Positions 42,465-51,705 of a stretch of DNA of 64,000 nt are shown piece by piece. Each line of letters starts with the position of its first letter. Positions within the stretch are counted from its first letter, which is position 1. Position numbers and translations under genes: made by a program. Below the pieces are notes generated by a model that was not told the DNA's origin, made no database searches, and saw only the letters and a program-made list of their open reading frames with translations. The DNA lies in NCBI GenBank assembly GCA_046539325.1, contig JBKHHD010000002.1, positions 32,001 through 96,000 on the forward strand, written 5' to 3'. The DNA comes from Candidatus Aenigmatarchaeota archaeon (lineage in GTDB: Archaea; Aenigmatarchaeota; Aenigmatarchaeia; PWEA01).

Positions 42465-43262
42465 ATGGTCAAAGTACATAATGTAAAAGGTGAGGAGAAG
42501 AACGAGGTCAGTCTGCCAGAAGTATTTGACGAACATTACAGGCCTGACCTGATAAAGAGAGCAGTTCACCACTACCAGTCCAGGAGGAGGCAGAGCTACG
42601 GCGCTGACAAGAGAGCTGGTATGAAGACTTCAGCGCATTACGAAGGCTCCAGACATGTCGACAACAGCTCGCAGATGATGAACAGAGAAATGTCAAGAAT
42701 GCCCAGAGAACATGGCGATACGGCCAGAAGGTTCAGAGCACTGCTTGCTCCCCACGCTGTAGGAGGTATGAAGGCGCATCCTCCGAAGGCTGACAAAAAG
42801 TTTGACAAGGGGCTCAACAAGAAGGAGAGGAAGAAGGCGACGAGGAGCGCTATAGCTTCAACCGCCAACGAAGAAGCTGTAAAGGAAAGAAACCATAAGT
42901 TTGAAGGTGAGCTTCCGCTTGTAGTCGAGGATAAAATAGAAAGTATGGAAAGGACAAACGATGTGGAGGAGGCCCTGGTTAAGCTTGGCTTGGAGGAAGA
43001 GCTGCAGAGAGCTAAGAAAAAGAAGGTGAGGTCAGGAAAGGGAAAGAACCGTGGTAGGAAATACAAGACAAAGAAATCCGTGCTTATAGTTGTTGGTGAA
43101 GACGAAGGTATTAAAAGAGCCGCGAGAAATATTCCGGGTGTCGAAGTAAGGAAGGTCGATGAGCTAAATGCCGAGCTGCTCTCGCCGGGAGCACATGGCT
43201 CAAGGCTTACAGTTTACAGCGAATCCGCTCTTGACGTTATAGAGAAGAGGTGGGAGAGATGA
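42465..43262 (+). CDS. rpl4: 50S protein uL4
   Basis: RPDLIKRAV, GG..AHPPK, RSGKGK.RGR, RNIPGV. Confidence 0.96.
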   Translation: MVKVHNVKGEEKNEVSLPEVFDEHYRPDLIKRAVHHYQSRRRQSYGADKRAGMKTSAHYEGSRHVDNSSQMMNREMSRMPREHGDTARRFRALLAPHAVGGMKAHPPKADKKFDKGLNKKERKKATRSAIASTANEEAVKERNHKFEGELPLVVEDKIESMERTNDVEEALVKLGLEEELQRAKKKKVRSGKGKNRGRKYKTKKSVLIVVGEDEGIKRAARNIPGVEVRKVDELNAELLSPGAHGSRLTVYSESALDVIEKRWER

Positions 43263-43522
43263 AGAGGCCAATGGACGTAATAAGATATCCACACCTGACA
43301 GAAAAGTCCGTAAGTATGGTAGAGGAAGAGAACAAGCTTGTATTTATAGTTCAAGATTCGGCAAACAAAAACGAAGTTAAGTGGGCCGTAGAGGAGGAGT
43401 TCGGCGTTGGCGTAGTAAAGGTAAATACTTTAAACACGATGAAAGGTAACAAAAAAGCTATAGTTCAGCTGTCCGGGGACGACAACGCTATAGATATAGC
43501 AACAAGACTCGGAATGCTGTAG
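43259..43522 (+). CDS. rpl23: 50S protein uL23
   Basis: P.LTEKS, ENKLVFIV, KVNT, KKA.V.L. Confidence 0.96.
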   Translation: MKRPMDVIRYPHLTEKSVSMVEEENKLVFIVQDSANKNEVKWAVEEEFGVGVVKVNTLNTMKGNKKAIVQLSGDDNAIDIATRLGML

Positions 43523-43541
43523 ACTATGGATATGGTGTGAT

Positions 43542-44234
43542 ATGCCTAACAAAACGAGAGCACAGAGGAAAGGAAGCAGCAGAAATATAAGGACACCTAG
43601 CCATCGCTATGATAAAAAGGCAGACTTCGACGACGTAGAAGGAGAGATTGTAGATATAGTCCACGATCCATCGAGGTCTGCTCCTCTGGCAAAGGTAAAG
43701 CTTGAGGACGGCGAGGAAAGGTTTATAATAGCGCCACAGGGATTGGAGACAGGTGATAAAATAAAATGCGGTATATCCGCGCCCATAGAACCTGGAAACA
43801 GACTTAAGCTGGCTGAAATTCCCGAAGGAGTTCCGATTCATTCTATAGAAATCAAGCCCGGTGAAGGAGGTAAGCTGGCAAGGTCTTCAGGTACCTATGG
43901 GACCGTAAAGATGCACGATATAGATAAAACTGTTGTGGAGCTTCCCTCAGAGAAGACGAAAAACCTGAATCCGGAATGCAAAGCTACTGTGGGGGTTGTT
44001 GCAGGAAGCGGAAGAAAGGAGAAGCCCTTCGTCAAGGCAGGAAGCAAACACAAGGCTATGAAGGCAAGAGGAAAGAAATATCCAACGGTTTCCGCAGTGT
44101 CTATGAACCCCGTGGACCATCCGTTCGGAGGTTCCACTAAACCCGGTAAACCAAAAACCACAAAATCAACGGCACCGCCTGGCCAGAAGGCTGGTTCATT
44201 CGGTGCAAAATCTTCCGGTAAGAGGGAGGATTAA
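43542..44234 (+). CDS. rpl2: 50S protein uL2
   Basis: [23 protein letters not shown]. Confidence 0.97.
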   Translation: MPNKTRAQRKGSSRNIRTPSHRYDKKADFDDVEGEIVDIVHDPSRSAPLAKVKLEDGEERFIIAPQGLETGDKIKCGISAPIEPGNRLKLAEIPEGVPIHSIEIKPGEGGKLARSSGTYGTVKMHDIDKTVVELPSEKTKNLNPECKATVGVVAGSGRKEKPFVKAGSKHKAMKARGKKYPTVSAVSMNPVDHPFGGSTKPGKPKTTKSTAPPGQKAGSFGAKSSGKRED

Positions 44235-44236
44235 AT

Positions 44237-44617
44237 ATGGCAAAAGATTTTACGTTCAGAGGCAAAACGGTCGAAGAGCTTCGTGAGCTGGATCTGACGG
44301 AGTTCGCCGAGCTGCTGGACTCAAGGAAAAGAAGAAGTCTACTCAGAGGTCTTACTGACGCTCAGAAGGATCTACTTGAAGGCGTCAGGGAAGGCGAAGA
44401 CTACGTCAAGACCCAGGCCAGAGACATGGTAATTCTACCTGAGATGGTAGGAACTAGGATAGGAGTTCACAACGGAAAGGACTTCGTTGACGTAGAGATC
44501 GAGCCTGAGATGATAGGACACTACCTTGGCGAGTTCGCAAAAACGAGAAAGAAGGTCGACCATTCAGCGCCAGGACTCGGAGCTACAAGAACCTCGAAGC
44601 ACGTGCCTCTGAAGTAG
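44237..44617 (+). CDS. rps19: 30S protein uS19
   Basis: [22 protein letters not shown]. Confidence 0.96.
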   Translation: MAKDFTFRGKTVEELRELDLTEFAELLDSRKRRSLLRGLTDAQKDLLEGVREGEDYVKTQARDMVILPEMVGTRIGVHNGKDFVDVEIEPEMIGHYLGEFAKTRKKVDHSAPGLGATRTSKHVPLK

Positions 44618-44631
44618 TAAGGTGAAAAAAT

Positions 44632-45021
44632 ATGACAGGATATCCGGTTCAGGTTGAGGAAGAAGACGTGAAGGCAGCAGGCATAGATCTCAGGATTTCA
44701 AGAAAGAAGGCACATAAAATCTGCAAGGAAATAAACAACAAGAAGATGAAGCTGAACAGAGCAAAGGAGTTCGCCGAGAACCTCGTCGAAGGCGACGAGA
44801 ATATAGGAGGTAAAACGTACAAGAAAGCTGCGGAAGGCGTACTTGAGGTACTGAACAACGCAGAAAACAACGCAGAGTTCAAGGGAATTGACACTGGAAA
44901 GCTGAGAATCAAAACAATAACAGCAGAACCCGGAAGCACGCTCCGAAGAATGAGAAGGAGAAGGGATTTTGGAAACAGGTTAAAAACAGCTAACGTAAAA
45001 GTCGTACTTGAGAGAGGATAA
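44632..45021 (+). CDS. rpl22: 50S protein uL22 (short, divergent)
   Basis: LRISRK, L.NAENNAEFKG; operon position. Confidence 0.9.
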   Translation: MTGYPVQVEEEDVKAAGIDLRISRKKAHKICKEINNKKMKLNRAKEFAENLVEGDENIGGKTYKKAAEGVLEVLNNAENNAEFKGIDTGKLRIKTITAEPGSTLRRMRRRRDFGNRLKTANVKVVLERG

Positions 45022-45022
45022 A

Positions 45023-45853
45023 ATGACACTTGAAAGAGAGTTTATCAAGAAAGGCATAAACAAGAACCAGCTGGAGGACTTTTTTGAAAGAGAGTACCCG
45101 AGAGCTGGCTACACAGGCTGTGATATTAAAAGAACACCTATGGGAGTTAAGATAACGATATATGCCGATAAGCCTGGTCTTATAATCGGCAGAGGTGGCG
45201 GAAGAATCGACGAGATCACAGAAAAGCTAGAGGAAGACTTCGGCTTTGAGGACCCGCAGATAGATGTAGATGAAATCGAGAAGCCTGAACTCGACGCGAA
45301 AATAATGGCAAAGGAGATAAAAAACGCTATCGAGAACGGCGCCAGCTACAAGAGAGTTGCTGGAGGAGTTTTAAGAAGTATAATGAACAGAGGGGCTGCC
45401 GGAGCTGAGATAAAGATATCCGGCAAGCTTTCAGGAGCAAGAGGAAGGACGGAAAGGTTCCAGGATGGATATATGAAAAGCTGTGGTGAACCTGCGAAAA
45501 GACTTGTGGACAAGGCTGTGATGCATGCAAAGACCAAGCCCGGTACAATAGGAGTAAAGGTAAAGATAATGGAAGAGAAGCCGGACGAAGGGCTGAAGGA
45601 CGTGGAAGAGGAGACGGAAGAAGAGGAGAAAGAAGAGGAGACGGAAGAAGAGTTTGACCTTACAGAGGAAAAGGTAAATGAAATAATTGACTCATCGATT
45701 TCAGGGGCAAAGGACAAGATAAGGGAAATTGAAGACGAACTGGACCTCGAGGACTATAAGAAGATACTCGATTACGAAATGGACGACAAGAAGAGGAAGG
45801 GCATGATGAAGTTCCTGAAGAAAAAAGTGGATGAATTCAGCGAGGAGGAATAA
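45023..45853 (+). CDS. rps3: 30S protein uS3 with extra C-terminal domain
   Basis: KPGLIIGRGG, GAEIKISGKL, GVKVKIM, then an acidic linker and a helical domain. Confidence 0.95.
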   Translation: MTLEREFIKKGINKNQLEDFFEREYPRAGYTGCDIKRTPMGVKITIYADKPGLIIGRGGGRIDEITEKLEEDFGFEDPQIDVDEIEKPELDAKIMAKEIKNAIENGASYKRVAGGVLRSIMNRGAAGAEIKISGKLSGARGRTERFQDGYMKSCGEPAKRLVDKAVMHAKTKPGTIGVKVKIMEEKPDEGLKDVEEETEEEEKEEETEEEFDLTEEKVNEIIDSSISGAKDKIREIEDELDLEDYKKILDYEMDDKKRKGMMKFLKKKVDEFSEEE

Positions 45854-45854
45854 T

Positions 45855-46049
45855 ATGGCGATACTGACTACGGAAGAAATGGAAGATATGAGCAAGGATA
45901 ACCTGGAGGAAAGGCTTGACGAGCTTCAGCTGGAGCTCGCAAAGGAAAAGGCACAGGTCAAAATAGGCGGTGTACCGGAAAATCCAGGTAAGATGAACGA
46001 GATGAAAAGGACCATAGCAAGGATAAAAACAAAACTTTCCGAGATGTGA
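45855..46049 (+). CDS. rpl29: 50S protein uL29
   Basis: MAIL...E, ENPGK...KRTIARIKT. Confidence 0.93.
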   Translation: MAILTTEEMEDMSKDNLEERLDELQLELAKEKAQVKIGGVPENPGKMNEMKRTIARIKTKLSEM

Positions 46050-46060
46050 GGTGAAAATAA

Positions 46061-46366
46061 ATCGCTAACTGTCCCGACTGTGGTATGCCGGAGGAACTCT
46101 GTGTCTGCGATACCATAGCAAAGGAAGAGGAAAAGATAGAGGTTCGCAAGACAAGGAGGAGCTACGGAAAGGAACTCACCATAGTAGAAAACGTTTCGGA
46201 AGATATGAACCCTGAGGAACTCGCAAAGAAGTTAAAGAAAAACCTTGCGTGTGGCGGAACTTATAAGGAAGGTAGGATAGAACTACAGGGCGACCACCTA
46301 CGGAGGATAAAGGACATCCTCATCGAGGAGGGCTTCCCTGAAGGCAAGATAGAAATAAAGAACTGA
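46061..46366 (+). CDS. sui1: Translation initiation factor aIF1 (SUI1), probable ATC start
   Basis: (M)ANCPDCGMPEELCVC zinc knuckle, YGK, LACGGT, IELQGDH. Confidence 0.92.
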   Translation: MANCPDCGMPEELCVCDTIAKEEEKIEVRKTRRSYGKELTIVENVSEDMNPEELAKKLKKNLACGGTYKEGRIELQGDHLRRIKDILIEEGFPEGKIEIKN

Positions 46367-46367
46367 T

Positions 46368-46646
46368 ATGAGAAAGGTCGAAAACCTCCCCAGGCACGAG
46401 CTGATCGGTCTGGAGATGGAGGTAGTTGAAAGCGAGAATACGTCGGAGGAGGGCATACACGGGAAGGTGGTGGACGAACACAAAAGTGTTTTAAAAGTTG
46501 AGTGCGAAGGTGATGAGAAAACCTTGAGGAAAAGGGGACGCGTGTTTAAGTTCGAGCTCCCTTCAGGAAAAAAGTGCAAGATCGAAGGTGAACTCCTGGA
46601 AGGACGTCCCGAGGAAAGAATAAAGAAAAAATTGAGGAAATGGTGA
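46368..46646 (+). CDS. rnp1: RNase P protein component 1 (Rpp29)
   Basis: HELIGL.EV, GI.G.VVDE, L.GRPEERIK. Confidence 0.92.
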   Translation: MRKVENLPRHELIGLEMEVVESENTSEEGIHGKVVDEHKSVLKVECEGDEKTLRKRGRVFKFELPSGKKCKIEGELLEGRPEERIKKKLRKW

Positions 46647-46650
46647 AAAA

Positions 46651-46968
46651 ATGGCACTAGGACTAGGCGTGAAGGCTCCAGAGAAGGAGTGCGAAGACAA
46701 AAACTGTCCGTTCCACGGACAGCTTCCGGTTAGAGGTAGAACCTTTGAGGGTGTAGTTACCTCAAAGAACGGAAAAACCGTGACTGTGAAATGGCAGTAC
46801 CATCACCATGTACCGAAGTACGAGAGGTATATGAGAAGAAACACAAAGGTCATGACACACTGTCCGCCGTGTATGGATATTGAGGAAGGCGATGAAGTCA
46901 AGATAGGTGAAACCAGACCCATATCAAAAGGTAAAAGCTTCGTCGTGATTGAAAAGCTAGGTGAATAA
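46651..46968 (+). CDS. rps17: 30S protein uS17
   Basis: C.D.NCPFHG, KYERY, HCPPC, ETRPISK. Confidence 0.96.
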   Translation: MALGLGVKAPEKECEDKNCPFHGQLPVRGRTFEGVVTSKNGKTVTVKWQYHHHVPKYERYMRRNTKVMTHCPPCMDIEEGDEVKIGETRPISKGKSFVVIEKLGE

Positions 46969-46969
46969 A

Positions 46970-47368
46970 ATGAGAGCTGTTGGGAGCAAAGTTACAAGAG
47001 GAATAGGAGTTGGCGCAAAGCTCGAGTGTGTAGACAACACTGGAGCAAAGTTGTTGAAGGTAGCTTCAGTTGTAAACTATAAGGGGACAAGACAGAGACA
47101 GCCTAAGGCGGGAGTGGGCGACGTTGTAAGATGTTCCGTGGTAAAGGGCTCGCCTGATATGAGGGAGGAAACACCCCTCGCAGTAATCGTAAGACAGAAA
47201 AAGGACTGGAGAAGACCCAGTGGAAGGAGGGTCAAGTTCAATGACAACGCAGCCGTACTGATAAATGAAAGGAACGAGCCACGTGGAAGCGAGGTAAGGA
47301 GAGCAATAGCAAAGGAGGTAGTCGAAAGGTTCCCTGAGATAGGAAAGGTTGCAAGAGTTGTGGTATAA
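46970..47368 (+). CDS. rpl14: 50S protein uL14
   Basis: CVDNTGAK, AGVGD, F.DNAAV. Confidence 0.96.
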   Translation: MRAVGSKVTRGIGVGAKLECVDNTGAKLLKVASVVNYKGTRQRQPKAGVGDVVRCSVVKGSPDMREETPLAVIVRQKKDWRRPSGRRVKFNDNAAVLINERNEPRGSEVRRAIAKEVVERFPEIGKVARVVV

Positions 47369-47892
47369 TGAAAACAAAGAAACCTGACAAACAAAGGAAA
47401 AGAGCTGCAGAAGCTCCGATGCACAGGAGACAGAAGAAGGTCTCGGCTATACTTGAAAAGGATCTTAGGGACGACTTTGGAAGAAGGAGTTTGCCTCTCA
47501 GGAACGGCGACGAAGTAAAGGTAATGAGGGGAGACTTTAAAGGAAAAGAAGACGAGGTCCGCGGAGTAGATCTTAAAAATATGAAGGTCACCCTAGAAAA
47601 TCTTGAAAATGAAAAGGTAGACGGTACAGAGGTAAGGCCCAAAATAGATCCATCGAACTTAATGATACTGGAACCTGATCTCTCGGACAGGGAAAGGGAA
47701 GAAATAATCAAAAGGTCGGGCGGCGAGGTCTCGGAAGAGTTTAAGAAGACAGAAGAGGAAGAAGTGGAGGAAGAGGAAGAAAAGACGGAGGAAGAAGGGT
47801 TCAAATGTGAGATATGTGGAGACACATTCGACTCAAAACAAGGACTTAATGTACACAAAGGAAAGGCACATCCAGACTACATGAAGTCGTGA
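47368..47892 (+). CDS. rpl24: 50S protein uL24 fused to a C-terminal C2H2 zinc finger
   Basis: P.KQRK, GDEVKVMRG, PSNL; tail FKCEICGDTFDSKQGLNVHKGKAH. Confidence 0.93.
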   Translation: MKTKKPDKQRKRAAEAPMHRRQKKVSAILEKDLRDDFGRRSLPLRNGDEVKVMRGDFKGKEDEVRGVDLKNMKVTLENLENEKVDGTEVRPKIDPSNLMILEPDLSDREREEIIKRSGGEVSEEFKKTEEEEVEEEEEKTEEEGFKCEICGDTFDSKQGLNVHKGKAHPDYMKS

Positions 47893-47902
47893 GGTAGATA
47901 TT

Positions 47903-48607
47903 ATGACAAGACACCAAAAAGCGTTATCTTCACCGAAAACTTACCCAATAAAGAGAAAGGAAAGAAGCTGGGCGATAAAGCCTAGTCCAGGTCCACATTC
48001 CGAAGAGAACTGTGTACCGCTAGGTATAATTGTAAGGGACGTTCTTGGATACGCGGAAACTGTAAGTGAAGTTAAGGGAATTCTAGAGGAAGATAAATGC
48101 AGCGTTGATGGAAGAAAGGTAAGGGACCACAGATTCCCTCTTGGAATCTTCGACTCACTGAGACTTGGTGATGAATACTTCCGTCTGGTTCCATCGAAAA
48201 AAGGTTTCGAGCTTGTAAGGATAGACAAACAGGAAGCTGGAAAGAAGCTTTGCAGAGTAGAGGATAAAAATGTACTGAAAGGCGGGGAAATTCAGCTGGC
48301 TTTGAATGACGGAAGGACAGTTGTAGCGGACGGGGAACTGAAGGATATAGATACAGGATCTTCCCTTATACTTTCACTGGAAGATAACGAATGTGACAAT
48401 ATACTGAAGCTGGAAGAAGGACAGGACGTAATGATAATGGGAGGTAAGAACAGGGGCGAGTTTGCCTCTTTCATAGAAAAGAAGATCCTCAAGGGAAGCA
48501 GGGAAGACAGAGTACTTATCGAGCAGGACGGCGAGGAGATAGATCTTCCACAAAGCCTTGTAATACCCATAGATAAAGACGAAATAAAGATAGAAGCCGA
48601 AGAGTGA
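47903..48607 (+). CDS. rps4e: 30S protein eS4
   Basis: PSPGPH, RDVLGYA, VDGRKVRD..FPLG, GGKNRG. Confidence 0.95.
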   Translation: MTRHQKALSSPKTYPIKRKERSWAIKPSPGPHSEENCVPLGIIVRDVLGYAETVSEVKGILEEDKCSVDGRKVRDHRFPLGIFDSLRLGDEYFRLVPSKKGFELVRIDKQEAGKKLCRVEDKNVLKGGEIQLALNDGRTVVADGELKDIDTGSSLILSLEDNECDNILKLEEGQDVMIMGGKNRGEFASFIEKKILKGSREDRVLIEQDGEEIDLPQSLVIPIDKDEIKIEAEE

Positions 48608-48611
48608 AAAT

Positions 48612-49127
48612 ATGTCTGAGGAAAATCCAATGAGAGAGATCGAACTTCAGAAGGTAGTCCTCAATATAGGTACAGGAGGTCCAGGTGAAGAGCTCGAAAA
48701 GGCTAAAAACCTTCTAGAGGACCTAACAGGAAGAGAAGCAAAGGTCACAGAGGCGAAGAGCAGGAGCGCTTTCGGTGTATCAAAGGGAAGGGATATAGGC
48801 GTTATGGTAACACTCCGTGGTGAGGAAGCCGAAGAGTTCCTTGAAAGAGCGCTTAAGGCCAGGGACCACAAGCTAAAAAGAAGTAGCTTCGACGACCAAG
48901 GAAACTTTTCAGTAGGGATTCAGGAACATATAGACCTTCCTGGAACCGACTACGATCCAGAAGTCGGCATATTCGGTATGGATATAACAGCTACGCTTGA
49001 AAGACCTGGATTTTCCATAAAGAGAAAAAAGATACCCAAAAAGATAGGAGAAAATCATAAAATAACAAAGCAAGAGGCTATAGATTTCATGAAAGAAAAA
49101 TTCAACATTGAAATAACTGGTGAATAA
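48612..49127 (+). CDS. rpl5: 50S protein uL5
   Basis: NPMRE, KVVLNIG, VTLRG, FD..GNFS.G, YDP.VGIFGMD. Confidence 0.96.
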   Translation: MSEENPMREIELQKVVLNIGTGGPGEELEKAKNLLEDLTGREAKVTEAKSRSAFGVSKGRDIGVMVTLRGEEAEEFLERALKARDHKLKRSSFDDQGNFSVGIQEHIDLPGTDYDPEVGIFGMDITATLERPGFSIKRKKIPKKIGENHKITKQEAIDFMKEKFNIEITGE

Positions 49128-49128
49128 A

Positions 49129-49260
49129 ATGGCAAAGAAAGAAGTTCCAAAATGCAGAAGGTGCGGTAACAACTGGGGAATAATAAGGAAGTACGATCTG
49201 TATATATGCAGGCAGTGCTTCAGAGAGGTAGCTGAGGAACTTGGATTTGAAAAATACTAG
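49129..49260 (+). CDS. rps14: 30S protein uS14 (not in ORF track)
   Basis: [43 protein letters not shown]. Confidence 0.95.
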   Translation: MAKKEVPKCRRCGNNWGIIRKYDLYICRQCFREVAEELGFEKY

Positions 49261-49268
49261 GTGTTAAA

Positions 49269-49655
49269 ATGAAGCAATCAATACTTTCAGACTGCATGTC
49301 AACAATAAAGAACGCAGAAAACGTTGGCAAGGATAGATGCACTGTAGAGTCTTCAAAAATAGTACTTGAAGCCCTGAAGACACTCCAGAAAGAGGAATAC
49401 ATCGGCGAGTTCGAAAAGATAGAGGACAACAGAGGAGACAAGTTCAGGATAGAGCTACTGGGAACCATAAACGACTGCAACGCAATAAGGCCAAGGTTTT
49501 CGGTGAAGAAGGACGAATACGAGGACTGGGAGAAGAGGTATCTACCTGCCAAAGGAATGGGCTTCCTCATAGTCAGTACTTCAAGAGGCATAATGACGCA
49601 TGAAGAGGCGAAGTCCAAAGGAATAGGCGGAAAGCTCGTAGCTTACGTTTACTGA
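49269..49655 (+). CDS. rps8: 30S protein uS8
   Basis: YIGEFE, IRPRF, YLPA, STSRGIMTH, GGKLVAYVY. Confidence 0.96.
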   Translation: MKQSILSDCMSTIKNAENVGKDRCTVESSKIVLEALKTLQKEEYIGEFEKIEDNRGDKFRIELLGTINDCNAIRPRFSVKKDEYEDWEKRYLPAKGMGFLIVSTSRGIMTHEEAKSKGIGGKLVAYVY

Positions 49656-49662
49656 TGATAGT

Positions 49663-50196
49663 ATGAAGAGAAAAATCGATGTACCAGAAGACATGGAAGT
49701 AGAGGTCACAGACACAGGTGTAGATGTCAAAGGCGATGGTGATGAGGTAAACGTCGAGATCAACCATCCACTTATCGATATAAGCTCTGGGAATGGATCT
49801 GTCGTTATAGAAACGAAGAAGGAAACTAAAAAGACTGGCAGCATTTCAAAGACATTCGAATCAAAGATAGAGAACGCTATAAAGGGGATAAAGGAAGGTT
49901 ACGAATACAAGCTAAAGGTAATATACAAACATTTCCCAATGGAAGTTAGGGAACAAGGCAACAAGCTCGTGGTCTCAAACTTCCTTGGCGAGAAAAAGGA
50001 CAGAGAAGCTGACATACTGGACGGTGTGGAAGTCGAAGTGGACGGCGAAGATATATTTGTAAGGGGTGCCGACAAAGACAAGGTCGGTCAAACAGCTGCA
50101 AACATAGAAAGGGATATGCAGGCACCGAACAAGAAGGATAGAAGAGTTTTCGAGGACGGAATATATATAGTTGAAAAACCCTCCACGGAGAACTGA
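49663..50196 (+). CDS. rpl6: 50S protein uL6
   Basis: Y.HFP, NFLGEK, VGQTAANIE, DRRVFEDGIY. Confidence 0.96.
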   Translation: MKRKIDVPEDMEVEVTDTGVDVKGDGDEVNVEINHPLIDISSGNGSVVIETKKETKKTGSISKTFESKIENAIKGIKEGYEYKLKVIYKHFPMEVREQGNKLVVSNFLGEKKDREADILDGVEVEVDGEDIFVRGADKDKVGQTAANIERDMQAPNKKDRRVFEDGIYIVEKPSTEN

Positions 50197-50200
50197 TAAG

Positions 50201-50515
50201 ATGTCGGACAAAAAATTCAAAAGGCAGAACTCGAGCAGAAAGCTCAACGATTCATGGAGAAAGCCAAAGGGCCACCACTCCTCCATGAGGAAAAAGAAGG
50301 GAGGTCAGGGAAAGATGCCCTCACCAGGCTACGGAAGCGAAAACAAAGGTATGCACCCTTCAGGCTACTACGAGGTCCTCGTACGTAATATAGACGACCT
50401 GGAAGAAATAGACAAAGACGAGGAAGCGGCCAGAATAAGCTCAAAACTGGGGAAAAGGAAAAAGGAGGAAATAGTTGAAAAAGCCGAAGAAATGGAAATA
50501 AAGGTTTTGAACTGA
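50201..50515 (+). CDS. rpl32e: 50S protein eL32
   Basis: FKRQ, WRKPKG, HPSGY, IKVLN. Confidence 0.94.
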   Translation: MSDKKFKRQNSSRKLNDSWRKPKGHHSSMRKKKGGQGKMPSPGYGSENKGMHPSGYYEVLVRNIDDLEEIDKDEEAARISSKLGKRKKEEIVEKAEEMEIKVLN

Positions 50516-50524
50516 GGAGGTAAA

Positions 50525-50686
50525 ATGTTTTTGAGATTTGAGGAAACTAAATGTCCTCTTTGTGGGACTTCAGGAAAGGACTCGGACATAGAAGAGCTTT
50601 CGGACTGCCCTAAATGTGGGGCAAAGTTCAACGAGTTCGGAGTTGTACACGCTCCACAAACAGAGAGAAATATCCACTGGACATGA
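50525..50686 (+). CDS. 53-aa CPxCG zinc-ribbon microprotein within the spc operon (not in ORF track)
   Basis: SD GAGGAGG + ATG: MFLRFEETKCPLCGTSGKDSDIEELSDCPKCGAKFNEFGVVHAPQTERNIHWT. Confidence 0.8.
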   Translation: MFLRFEETKCPLCGTSGKDSDIEELSDCPKCGAKFNEFGVVHAPQTERNIHWT

Positions 50687-50696
50687 GGTGTTGAGA

Positions 50697-51152
50697 TTGG
50701 ACCTATCCACACAGAAAGAAATGGCAGCAGACGTCTTGGACTGCGGGAAGAACAAGGTATGGATAGACTCGGAAAGGCAAGAAGAAGTAGTGGACGCTAT
50801 AACTAAGGCCGATATAAGAAGGCTTGTCCAGAAAGGTATAATAAAGGAAAAGGAAAGCAACGGACAGTCAAGGTCCAGAACAAGAAAGAAACAAGCACAG
50901 AAGAAGAAAGGCAGGAGGAAGGGACATGGCAGAAGAAAGGGCTCGACGAAAAAAAGAAAGAAGAAATGGATAAGCAGGATAAGGGCCCAGAGGAAGCTGC
51001 TAAAAGAGTTAAGAGACAATGGTAAAATTGATAGGTCCACGTACAGAAGCCTTTACAAAAAGTCAAAGGGCGGAAGATTCGATTCGAAAAAACAGTTAAA
51101 AAACTTTATCAAGAAAGAAGGTATGCTGAAACAAGGTGAGGATCTTGAATAA
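50697..51152 (+). CDS. rpl19e: 50S protein eL19 (TTG start)
   Basis: MDLSTQK..AA..L.CG..KVW, GRRKG.G.RKG, WI.RIRAQR. Confidence 0.95.
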   Translation: MDLSTQKEMAADVLDCGKNKVWIDSERQEEVVDAITKADIRRLVQKGIIKEKESNGQSRSRTRKKQAQKKKGRRKGHGRRKGSTKKRKKKWISRIRAQRKLLKELRDNGKIDRSTYRSLYKKSKGGRFDSKKQLKNFIKKEGMLKQGEDLE

Positions 51153-51705
51153 CGACATTAAAAGAAGGAGGAAGGAGAAGAAGACCGACTACAACCAGAG
51201 GCTCAAGCTTCTGAAGAGCGGCGAGCCTAGGTTGGTAGTAAGGAAAAGCAATAACCATACGAGAATCCAGCTCACTGCATGGAAGGAAGATGGAGACGAA
51301 GTTTTAGCTAGAGGCGCAACAGATGAGCTCGAGGAGTTCGGCTGGAAAGGACATACAGGAAACCTACCCGCAGCTTATCTGGCAGGATACCTTATGGGTC
51401 AAAGAGCGCAGGAGAAAGGTATAGATAAATGTATACTTGATATCGGATTACAGAAGAACACGCAGGAAAACAGAATATATGCCGCCGTAAAAGGTGTTAG
51501 AGATGCAGGAGTTGAAGTTCCCGTAAGCGAGGAAATGATCCCTTCAGAAGAGAGAATTCAAGGAAAACATATAGAAGAACACGCCTCTGAAATGAACGAA
51601 GGCGAGAAGAAAGAAAAGTTTTCAGGCCTTATAGAAAAAGGCTTTGATCCAGAGAAGATAACCCAAAACTTTGAAAACGTTAAACAAAATATAGGTGAAG
51701 AATAA
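51145..51705 (+). CDS. rpl18: 50S protein uL18
   Basis: RRR.E.KTDY..RL, PRLVVRKSN, NLPAAYL.G. Confidence 0.95.
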   Translation: MNNDIKRRRKEKKTDYNQRLKLLKSGEPRLVVRKSNNHTRIQLTAWKEDGDEVLARGATDELEEFGWKGHTGNLPAAYLAGYLMGQRAQEKGIDKCILDIGLQKNTQENRIYAAVKGVRDAGVEVPVSEEMIPSEERIQGKHIEEHASEMNEGEKKEKFSGLIEKGFDPEKITQNFENVKQNIGEE

